From the NCBI GenBank assembly GCA_032718475.1, contig JAUCBJ010008373.1:6350-70349 (forward strand): a stretch of DNA of 64,000 nt, in the 5' to 3' direction. Of this stretch, positions 1 to 11,410 are shown piece by piece (positions within the stretch are counted from its first letter, which is position 1; every line of letters starts with the position of its first letter). The DNA is from Nemertoderma westbladi (taxonomy: Eukaryota; Animalia; Xenacoelomorpha). The notes under the pieces were generated by a model. That model made no database searches and was not told where the DNA came from. It saw only the letters and a program-made list of their open reading frames with translations. Both the position numbers and the translations under genes were made by a program.

Positions 1-35
1 ACTTATCGGAAGCTGCCTGGGAAGACATACACAGG

Positions 36-3000
36 ATGGGAGTGACAAAGGATATTAGTGATCCAGCTGTATGGAAGAGGTCGGCAGCAGGATACGTACA
101 GAGATTCTTCAGCTCTTTGGAGCGATTAGAGGAACAATTGTTTCAACAACCCCAAGGACCTCAAGAGCAGGGAGAGCTGCTTTATCAAGTTAGAGAAAGA
201 ATTCTAAGAATCAGACTAATCCTATCGGCCTTTGAGGAAGCTTCGAAAAGAAGACAAGACACGTCGTTGCAAGTTGCCGTAAAGACTTGGTTCCAGCGGG
301 TGGGTCTCAAGGTTCAAGGAACAGCCCAGTGGAAATCTCAGCTGGCTGAGCGCTCAACCCATGGAGAATCAACAGACGCTACCTTTTCTCAAGTGGAAAG
401 CGAAGCGACAGCAGAGAAACCGCAGAAGAGGGACGCTATTGACATCTATCTGTCAGACTATCAACGATTTCTAGGTGATGAAGAGTTGAGGAGACGGCTG
501 GCTGGACTTCGCCCTAATAGTGAAGGAGCCAAGCTTGTGTTGGACGCAATAGATGCGGAAATGTTAGCTGCGAACCAAGCTAAATTTGATGAACACCTCC
601 GCATCGCTAGAGTCCAAGAAGAACAAGTAAAGAAAAAACGTGGCAGAAGCAGCGACAGCGGCAGAAGTTGAAAGAAAAGCGGCAGCGGCAGCGGCAGCGG
701 CAGAGGCAGAGGCAGAAGCGGAAAGAAAGGCGGTAGAAGTGGAAAGAAAGGCGGTAGAAGGGGAAAGAAAAGCGGCAGTGGCAGCGGCAGAAGCGGAAAG
801 AAAGGCGGTAGAAGTGGAAAGAAAGGCGGTAGAAGGGGAAAGAAAAGCGGCAGTGGCTGCGGCAGAAGTGGAAAGAAAAGCAGCAGAGGCAGTGGCAGAA
901 GCAGAACGGAGAGCGTTTGAAGAGACCACCCAACTAGAGTTGGAAAATCTTCAAGAGAATCAAGACTACATAAATAAACAGTTAACAGCTAGTCAGATGC
1001 AGATGATAAGTCGATCTACTCCCAAAAGGCAGGGATTTACATCATCTGATGAAGGCGATACTACCGATCCTGAAGGCGGAGGAAATAGATCTCGTCTAAA
1101 CAGGCGTAGAAGAATGCCCCACCGTCAGAAATTGCCTGATTTGCCCCCAGCTGTGAGAAGGCAACTAGCTAGCACGGACTTAGGTAGTACAGAACCCACA
1201 GACCAAATTATTAGAGTAAAAAGACTCCCAACTATAATAGATGAGCCTGAAATAATTAGGCCTGTTCTCGAAGCCACCCCCTCTGTGATAGAGACCCCTG
1301 TACTTCCAGAACCCAACTCTAAATTCCCTTTGCACAGCACTAAACTACTTGTGCCCAGCAGAACAGCCCCTGAGACAACTCCTGTCCTGGACTCCGAGCG
1401 AAATATCAATGACTTGTCGCCCGTTGTCCCTCGTCCGCCCGCTACTATGTTGGCGGCTCCCGCTTCGGCGGTCGAGTGGGTGGATGAGAGACGGCGGGGG
1501 ATGGATCTCCTGCTCGGGCAGATGCAGGAGACTGTTCAACAGTTCAAGGGCACAGTAAGGGAAAGTAGGTTAGAGTTGTAAGAAGTGCAGCAAAGTATCG
1601 CGTTAGAACGCAATAAATTGGTAAATACTCAAAGGGGTATACCACCAACCCCGGTAACAATGTGTCAACCTGTTAGGTCTGAAGTATTTCATGCGCAAGG
1701 TGTGGAGCCTACACGCATCTATACTGCTAGTGAAGTAGAAACTCCTATAGTAAACCCTATTAAGGGTAATTATAAACCTGTAGACAATGATATTCCATAT
1801 AGACCTGATCATAATCCGAGAAATTTATATACCGATAACTCGATATTAAATAACACGATGGCCCAAGAAAGTTTTACACGTAAATGGCTAGAACCGAAGC
1901 CCGTCAAGCGGTAAAGGTGGGAGAGATCGTCAAGTTCAATGGAGATGAGATGAAATGGTTACCTTTTAATGAATATTATAAAGATATCATACAGAACTCT
2001 GTGCTATCTAACGGAGAGAAACTTAGATTCCTCATCGAGTGCTTGGAAGGATCTCCCAAGTTAATGGCGTTAAAGTTTATTGGACATCCAGATGGATTAA
2101 GACAAGTTTGGGATACACTAAACATCAGGTATGGTAATAGGAATAACATAGCTAGGTATTTGTATGCAAAATTGGTAGCGCCCCGAAAGTTCATTAGCAG
2201 CGGGATTATAGAGTTTTCCGATGAGATCCAGGAGATCTGTAGACAATTAGATTGGCTAGGTAAGTCTCATGAATATCAGAGTTCTATGGTTATTGGAGCC
2301 GTAGCATCTACTTTACCCAAGGGTGGAGTAGGTACACGCTGGGATAAGAAAGTGTTATATATGATGGAACAACAACGACGAGACCCTACCATGGCTGATC
2401 TCATGTCATTCTTAGTTGGAGAAGTAAAATTACAGCTCCTAAAGCAGTCCAGGGAGAAGACACCGGAAAATAAGGTAAGTGAGAAACCCGTTTCTAGGAG
2501 AAAGGTAACACCAGTGTGTTATACAGACGATGGCAAAAGCCAGGCCTCTCAAGAGGAAGACAGCGGGAAAGACACTGAAAGATCTTACTATGTCAACAAA
2601 ACGTCTAAAGACGTAAGTAAATTTAAGTCTCGAACCCATGACAGGAGAGAACAGGTAAGAAAAACTCCTCCTACGTCTCCTAAGAGAATTCACGGAAGAA
2701 AGCCCGAGGAAAGAACGAGTGTGCACAACGTTACCCAAAGTAAGGTAAGTAACATCAAACCGAAATGTGCGCTGTGCGACGGGCCCCACCGTTTAAGTGT
2801 GTGTGATGAATTCCTAAAGAAATCATTAAAAGATAGACGTGAAGTCATGTGGGATAAGCGGTTGTGTTATAATTGCCTCAGACAAGGACACCAACGGCGA
2901 ACCTGTTACTCCGACGCAAGGTGTGCAAAGTGCGGCGCGAAACATCATATCTTGTTGCACACTGAATTCGAACGAAACAGCCCGAGTCAGGTAAGTGAGT

Positions 3001-6000
3001 CCGAACTATATGTCCAATTCAGTGATGTGAACGACACTGACCAAAGTTCTGAGATGGAAGGATTCTATACGGACGAATTCTCCGACGAAAACGAATCCTG
3101 TTACCTAATAAATACCGCAGTGTATCGAGCACTTACGTATGAGAAAGAAACCGACAGTGAGCTCCCCCTAACTACTCCTGACCGACAACCATCTTGGAAA
3201 GCACCAACTTCCAATGTAGGAATCCGAGAATTTCCCGTAGTGCAGTTGAGAGTCCACGGGCCTGACAAGAGTTATATAGTGAACGCCCTCCTTGACTCCG
3301 GCAGCACAGGAACATTCATCGACAAAGAACTAGCCGAAGACATCTTTGCTGGACAACCCAAGTTCCGAACTAAGTTAAACATGTCAGGAATTATGCAGGT
3401 TTGGAAATCTACAGTAATTGCAGATTATTATGTAGGTGCGTTGTCCACCCCCCAGGATGAACTAGGAGAACACAGCATAAGGTCAGTAAAAATGGTGGCG
3501 ATAAAGAACTTCGCTACCAGCCAAGTAGAACCTTATAACTGGGATGAGGACGATTTCACCCAGCAGCATAAGATACCTAGATTCAATACAGACTATCCTG
3601 GAGTGCAAATACTCATCGGCCAAAATGTGCATGAGGCGCTTGAGACATTGGAGAAACGGCCTGCTCAACCGCAACCACTACAAACCTATGCGGGAAAAAC
3701 TAGAGTAGGTTGGTACTTTACTGGCCCTTCCCGTAGAACTCTCATGGAAAGGTTACCCAAAGAGCGGGTCTACCAGGTAAGTGAATGGGAAGAGGAGAAC
3801 AGTGAGGTAGATAATGATGACATCTACCAACTCTTCGACGAGGAGAAGACCATCGACCTCCTTACGGAAAACGAAACTTGGCAAAACCAAGTGAACCTAT
3901 GTCACCTCATTCATCCAGCTGAACAAGTGTACAACGACGAACTGAATGAAGTGATAGATCGCTACAACGCAAAGACTCGCGTTGAACACGCCGTACGATT
4001 CTTTACTCAAGAGGCTGTAGAGCCCAATTCCTACGATAAGGCCCTATCGGTAGAAGAAGAAAGAGCCAAGCAGATCCAGGAGACAACTATACGTTTTCTT
4101 AAAGATCAAGGTAGATATGAAATTGGTCTGCCATTTCGAAAGCGAGAACCTAAATTTATAAACAACCGACCATTGGCGGAGAAAAGAATTGCGCAACTAC
4201 ATCGACGCCTTACGGCAAATGCTTCAGCTAAGGAAATGTACAAGACTCAGTTGAAGAAAATTATTGACAAGGGATATGCGGAGCGAGTACCGGAATAAAC
4301 ACCCATAACTGAGAGAACGTACTATCTAACACATCATTACGTTCCCAAACCCGGTAAACCCAACGAAGTCCGGGTAGTATTTGACGGCTCCGCCCTCTAC
4401 ATGGGCCAATCCCTCAATTCCGAGTTGTTGCCAGGACCCAACTTACTCCAATCCTTGTTGGGAATACTCCTAAGATTAAGACAATATTCAATCGCTTTCG
4501 CCTCTGATATAGAAGGCATGTTCTTACAAGTTAAGGTGCTGGATAAGGATCGAGACAGCCTACGATTTCTGTGGTGGCCTGAGGGAGACCTCAACCAGAA
4601 ACCGGTGGAGTACTGGATGACCATCCAGGCTTTTGGGATCATCTCGAGCCCTTCAAACGCCTGCTCAGTAGTGCTTACCACTGCTGATGACAACCGGGAC
4701 GCCTTCTCCAAAGAGGTTGTTGACAACATCAAACGGGATATATACATGGACGACAATTTAAAGTCCCTCCCATCGGTGGAAGAAGCCATTGATGTCGCCA
4801 AAGGAACGGTAGAGTGCTTGAAAAGAGGTGGATTTCGATTAACTAAATTCACCAGCAACTCCCGTGAGTTTCTGGAATCGATCCCGGTAGAAGACCGAGG
4901 AGTTAAAGATCTAGACCTAATCAAGGACGATCTTCCAGAAACCAAGACGCTTGGTTTGAAATGGGACACGGAGAGAGATATCCTGTTTTTCCAGCTAAAA
5001 CAGCGAGATAATCCAGTTCGGACTAAACAGATTTGTCTAAGTATCCTGAGCACTTATTTCGATCCATTGGGATTTATTAGCCCAGTTATATTGATTGCTC
5101 GGAGTTTAGTACAACAAATGTGGCTTGAAAACCACTCATGGGACGATCCACTTAAGGGAGAACTATTAAAGAAGTGGATGAAATGGGAAGATTCTCTACC
5201 ATCCATCGAGAACTTTATAATTTCCCGTTCATATTTTGGTCACATTCTCCCTACGTATTCCTATCAACTCCATGTGTTTGGAGACGCCAGCGATATGGGA
5301 ATAGGTATAGTAGCCTACCTGAGAGTTGAAACTCCGGATGGAATTAAGGTCGCCTTGGTTACCTCTAAGGCCTTGATAAACAACAAGTTGAAAGTTCCTC
5401 GAGCGGAGTTAAAGGCGGCTCTATACCCTACAGCCATCGGCCGGAATGTAACAGAACAGATCGACTATCCACTGGAAAAAACTGTCTATTGGACCGATGC
5501 TTTACTCGTGTTAGAGTATATAACCAATGAAGTCTGTCAGTTCATCGTCTCCGTTACCAACAGAGTAGCCATTATACTTAGTCGCACGAAGATAGACCAA
5601 TGGAGACATTGCCCCAGGACGATTAATCCAGCCAACATCGCCTCCAGGGGAGCAACTCCACAAGAACTGATAGATACTCCAGACTGGTTAGGTGGACCCG
5701 ACTTCCTAAGCAAAGAAGAGGATGAATGGCCTCCTCATCTTACTACGGCTGAGATTAGACAAGCCAAGGGAGCGGAGAAAGTCAAACCTTAAACCTGGGC
5801 GAGTAAATCGAAGTTATTTAAACCCGCGATAGATCTGTCTGTACTACAAGTTTCCGGAGACGATGCTTTGGATCCACAATTCCCCTCCACAAATAAGTCT
5901 GTTGTGGAAATGAGAGAGATAGATTGGAAATCTGGAACGAAAGACGTCTCGCAGGGACTCTCACCACTTCTGCAGAGAGCGATACATCACTATAGTTCCT

Positions 6001-7628
6001 GGAATCGGCTCTGTAAGGCCGTTACATATTTAAAGCGATGTTTTCATCATCACTACTCCAGGACGAAGACCACTAGTGATACCGCTCCACTGACATCTGC
6101 GCAGGTCCATGTTGTTAAAGATCTTCCCAAATACAAGATATCCGACAGGTTTCTGAAGGAGAAGAGCAGTTACCAGGAGCATGAAGAAACCAATAAGCAG
6201 ATACTGAGACTCCTGCAATGCTATGAGGATTCCGATAAGTATTTCCTGTTGTTGAGAAATCCACAGATGCGCTTAAGGGATCGTTTCTCTAGCACAATGA
6301 TAGATGGGTTAATACGTGTTGGAGGAAGACTAACTAATGCTCCATTATCCTTTGACACTAAGTTTCCCATACTCATTAGAAATCTTGAAATACAAATCAA
6401 GATGATTGTAGATGTTCACAGTAAGCTTTATCATGCTGGTAGAGAACGAGTTCTTAGCGAAATTCGAACTCGCTATTATTTTTATAAACCCCGTAGAGCT
6501 CTGAACCAAGTTCTTAGGAACTGCATACCCTGTAGGAAAGCATTCAGTAGGCCTTTAACACAGCGAGAGGCAGAATTACCTAGGGAACGAGTAAGCTTCT
6601 ATGAACCACCCTTTACTAATACCGGTGTGGATTTATTTGGCCCTATTGAAGTATATCGTGCTAGGAATATAGTCAAGAGATGGTGTGTCATCTTTGTCTG
6701 TATGACTTGTAGAGCTATCCATCTCGATATGGTGAACGATTTGTCTACCAATAGCTTCATATTGAGCTTACGCCGACAGATCGCTCGCTTTGGAACTAGT
6801 AACACGATGAGATCTGATAAGGGAACAAACTTCATTGGTGCCAACAATGAAATCAGGGCTTACGTCAAAGATTGGAACCAAAGACAGGTGGACGATCAGC
6901 TAAGGGTAACAGCGTCTAGCTGGACCTTCAACGCCGCCGACGCCCCTTGGTGGGGAGGAAGTTGGGAGAGATTAATCAGAAGTGTGAAGACAGCATTTCA
7001 CTTTATAGTGCCGTGCCGCGCGTATCTCACCGACGAACTTTTGCGGACATTAATGGAGGAAATCGCCGCCTATCTCAACGAGAGACCGCTTATGCCAGTC
7101 TCATCGAGTCCCGATTCCCTGGAAGCGCTAACACCCGCGCACTTCCTACTGAAGAAACCTGTAGCCATGCTCCCACGATCGGAAATCACGGACGGAGACG
7201 AATACTGCCGGCAAACTTGGCAACTTATGCAGTTGTTATCCCGTCGTTTCGCTGACCATTTCGAAAAACATTATCTGCCCACGCTACAACTTCGAACTAA
7301 GGGGTTTGCGCAGCAAGAAAACGTCAGCGCTGGAGACATGGTCCTTATTGTGGATTCAGATCTTCCACGTAAGCGGTGGCAGACAGGTCGCATCATCGAG
7401 ACTCATATCTCGGATGACGGTTTAGTGCGATCGGTAGAACTCGGCGTCATGCGACGTAACTTTAAGAAACCGGGAATTGTCTTCGAGACGCAGCAGCTCA
7501 ATCGCCCAGTTGGTCGTTTATGTTTACTGGAAAGAGACAGAGAACTCTCCGGAAACTATGGAAGGCAAGATACTCTTCCCACGACCACCTCCCTAATCCA
7601 GCAAACATCTAGGGACTCCCCAACGTAA
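36..7628 (+). pseudogene. BEL/Pao gag-pol polyprotein with 2 frameshifts (~640, ~1884-1911) and 3 in-frame TAA stops (1579, 4296, 5790)
   Basis: DUF1759-like KFNGDEMKWLPF. Triple Gag Cys/His box (CALCDGPHRLSVC, CYNCLRQGHQRRTC, CAKCGAKHHILLH). Protease LLDSGS. Reading through the 4296 stop gives YYLTHH..EVRVVFDGS, then LLPGPNLL, DIEGMFLQV and YMDD (RT). Pao RNase H HVFGDAS. Integrase HHCC, GVDLFGP, SDKGTNF, PWWGGSWERL. C-terminal PRKRWQTGRI...DDGLVRSV. Confidence 0.95.
645..915 (+). repeat. In-frame A/E/R/K-rich coiled-coil repeat in the gag N-terminal region
   Basis: Repeated gcggtagaagtggaaagaaag-type units encoding (AV)EVERKAA / EAERKA. Confidence 0.85.
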
Positions 7629-7784
7629 CATCGTCTGGAGTGGGTGTGTGACTATATTATTTTATATCTGATTTTATTATTTTTATATTTAGGTATGTAT
7701 TATTATGTCATTTTATTATAATCGTTTTCTTTAATTTTATTTAGTAGAATGTTATTTTAGCGATTATTTAGTAGATTAGTGCCA

Positions 7785-9857
7785 TATAACTCCAACTGGG
7801 GGCCATAGGGCCACTCCTTAATAATTAAGATATAAACTAGTACATTAACTATCGAATAATAATAGAACAAGAGAAGCATGTTATTAATAATATCTATTAA
7901 TTGTTAGAAAAATCCGATGCAAAAAATTACACGGCTCCAATATAATGACCATTATATATATCTTGTTGGATATTTGTTTGCAATACATTTCTATAGGAAA
8001 AGTACATAACACAAAACGACCACAGGGCCACCTAATTTTTCTGGTAATTTTTGTGTAATTTACACATCAAAAACACATTCTAGAACTCAGATCTTTTCCG
8101 AAAATGCTTTGTTAGACTTTTCTACACCGTTTTTATTCATTTCAAAACTTATGTATATTTTAATATATTATTTTATATATCTTTGATTCCACGACTAACT
8201 TGTAGGTATTTGAACCAAGATGGTGGCTTATCTAAGACAAAGTTGAAAAATTAGTAAGTGTGAATTAAAAACTTTGTAATTAAATTTTGGTATCGAAATT
8301 TTTATTGGAGCTATTTGATATCATTAATGCAGATGATCCTCTTTGTGCTTGCAGTCAAATACCGTATTATTAAGTTTTTATTACATAAAACCATGACATA
8401 AAAAATAGTGGCCCTATGGTTTTGACGGATCTTTATTATAACAGATATATAGATTTCACCTTTAGAGTTCACCTTTCACCTATTGATTTTTTATACACCA
8501 GAGGGACTAGAACAAATGAATCAATTATAATTGAATTGTATAATCGGCGTGCTGTATTTTTTTTAATTAAAATTCTACATTTATGCTACTTTCTAATAGT
8601 TTTTTTTATTTCGCTCACTGAATAGAATGTGTACGGAATAGAACGCTCACTGAGTATAACGCTCACTGAATAGAACGTTGACTGAGTATCATGCTCACTG
8701 AATAGAACACTCACTGAATATAATGCTCACGGAATAGAACGATCACTGAATAGAACGTTAATTGCGTGGAACGCTCACTCAATAGAACGTTGACTGAGTA
8801 TCATGCTCACTGAATAGAACACTCACTGAATAGAACCCTCACTGAATATAACGCTCACTGAATAGAACACTCACTGAATAGAACGCTCACTGATTATAAT
8901 GCTCACTAAATAGAATGCTCACTGAATAGAACGCTCACTGAATATAACATTCACTGAATATAACGCTCACTGAATAGAACACTCACTATATAGAACACTC
9001 ACTGAATATAATGCCCACTGAATAGAACGCTTACTGAATAGAACGCTCACTGAATATAACACTCACAGAATTGAACATTCATTGAATAGAATGCTCACTG
9101 AATATAACATTCACTGAATATAACGCTCACTGAATATAACACTCACTATATAGAATGCTCACTGAATATAACGCTCACTGAATAGAACGCTCACTGAATA
9201 TAACACTCACAGAATTAAATATTCATTGAATAGAATGCTCACTGAATAAAACACACACTAAATAGAACACTCACAGAAATGAACACCCACTGAATAGTAC
9301 ACCACTAAATAGACACTCTCTGAATAGAACGATAATTGAATAGAACACTCACTGAATAGAATACTCACTGAATAGAACGTTCACTGAATAGAACGTTCAC
9401 TTAATTGAACACTCACTGAATAGCAAGTTCACTGAATAGAACGCTTACTGAATAGAACACTCCCTGAATAGAACGTTCACAGAATATAACACTCACTGAA
9501 TAGAACGCTCAATGAATAGAACGATCGCTGAATAGAACGCTCACTTAATAGAAGGCTTACTGAATTTTTGAAGATAATCAGCTTTAAATAGAAATAAAAC
9601 TACTGTATTATGAAAGAACCTAACAGCGCAGGGGTTAATAACCACCACTCATAGGACCTAAAGATGCAACACCTAATGTCCAAAGGACCTTATAACGCCT
9701 TACAACTACTTCATACCATAGGGCCACTGTGGCCCCATGGCATGATTAAACCATAGGGCCACCTTTCCGACCATAGGGCCACTGTTGGATATTGAATAGA
9801 ACCATAAGGCCACCTACTGACATCCATAAGTGGCCCTAAGGTTGTGTGTTGGATATA
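7785..9857. mobile_element. Non-autonomous TIR DNA element nested in the BEL element
   Basis: Left TCCAAC-N6-CCATAGGGCCACT (~7791-7814) is an imperfect inverted match to right AGTGGCCCTAAGG-N6-GTTGGA (~9829-9853). Both ends are flanked by TA-rich sequence. Subterminal CCATAGGGCCAC motifs recur at ~8020, 8408 (inverted) and 9716-9812. Confidence 0.7.
8611..9565. repeat. 16-bp tandem satellite (consensus GCTCACTGAATAGAAC), about 60 copies
   Basis: Head-to-tail units with point variants and no unique spacers. Confidence 0.95.
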
Positions 9858-10258
9858 TATATATATTCGCGTTTATTACTTAATTACTTATATATTATAT
9901 ATTTAGTGCAACGGCGAGAAATAATTCTTTTTCTCTTTCCTTACTGTCCGTATTACATTATAAATACGTGACTACAGTAAGATGAAATGTCCGTACTTAT
10001 TAAAGTACAATAAAGCTCCTACTATATTCAAGTATTATTGGTAAGTAGAGTATTAGGAATGCAAAATTCAGATCCTCGTGTCTCGGCTAAACCAAGCTCT
10101 GGGTAGACCTTGGAAACGACTTGCCTCTTCTCGTTGACATTGCTTCTTGCGATATTGCTCTCATACCGTATATTAAATAATACATATAGTAGCGTGATGT
10201 CCCTTTAACAGTAGCGTACAACGCAAAATAAATCTGTTAAACCCTTTGACCATCTGTA

Positions 10259-10615
10259 ATTCTAGTCGATTAAGATATCGCGGCACCCACCGATATACTT
10301 GAAAGACAAAATTCTAGAATCAGTGGTTAACGTCCCCAGACATGTTCTGGAATAAATCGGTGCCCATCTTAAATATTAACTATTAATATTTATAAAATCT
10401 GTCAAACAGATACGATAGAGTAACTACTTACAAGTTAACTCTAGAAAATCTATAAATTAAAATCTGTAAAATTTTAGATCCTTTAAAATTCTAGTCTATT
10501 AAGATATCGTAGCACTTACCAATACTCTTAAAAAGACAAATTTCCTAGAATTCAGGATCCCAGTCCCCAGACATGTTCTGGAATAAAATTGTGTCTATTT
10601 TAATATTAAATAATA
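10259..10615 (+). repeat. Imperfect ~125-bp direct duplication in the spacer before the extra ORF
   Basis: TTCTAGTC.ATTAAGATATCG...GTCCCCAGACATGTTCTGGAATAAA at ~10259-10385 and again at ~10489-10615. Confidence 0.85.
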
Positions 10616-11410
10616 AAATTTACGGGAATAAATTTAAATTCATCTCTTTTAATGAATTTGATAAATTGTCATTTTATGCAATTTACAACATTCCCAAAAT
10701 TCCATTAATTAATAGATCATGGGAGCGGAGATTCACCCTATTAAGTGTATTAGTGTGCGAGAATCTCCAATATATAGTCAATAGCCGATAAAATTCATAA
10801 AATCATGTATAAAGGGGATATTGACAATTAAAGAATTACTATTAAATAGCATCCCAGATCTGTATGCATGGGAATTACCCTAATTCTACCGCTAGCTTTC
10901 CATAATGTCACCATAGCAACAACCACGCTAGAATTAGAAGCGAGTTAAAAGAACAATAGAAAGCTTGCCCCATTGAATAGCATAGGGAATAAATAGCACA
11001 CTGCTAGTATCCAAGGATACATAATAATAACGTCGCATTCTGGAAGGCACTTGACTAACGGACAAATGGCCCGAATGTGTACAATTTGTGACAGTTGTGT
11101 GGAATTTGTGCGTTTATAGGTGAATGTTACTACTAAAGTGTGTTTACAGTAGCGAGTCGCAATTGTGAAAGTAGCCCTAACTCTGCAGTAACAACCTGAA
11201 GTAAAATCTAAGCCTTTGGGACGGACAGTGGAGTGACTTGTGCCGGTTATCGTTGTCGTTGTGTAGCTACTACGTTGGCGAAAAACACAGCGACGACGGT
11301 ACATCGGCGCTGAGGATCTTGCACTGTCCGGGGGCCGAGAGGGGTAGGCAGCGACGCCCGCTAGCCTAATTATAAACTCATTATAATATTGATAAACTCA
11401 TATAGCAGCT

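Noticed and set aside
1884-1914. Programmed -1 frameshift in BEL gag
   Set aside because: No XXXYYYZ slippery heptamer in the short overlap, and BEL gag-pol is normally a single ORF.
1579-5792. TAA recoding or programmed readthrough (three in-frame TAA stops in BEL gag-pol)
   Set aside because: Host genes here end normally in TAA, the stops fall at arbitrary points within pol, and frameshifts are also present. Decay is the simpler explanation.
8611-9565. CRISPR-like array
   Set aside because: Contiguous 16-bp units with no unique spacers, no cas genes and a eukaryotic context. The same holds for the 22-, 39- and 55-bp arrays.
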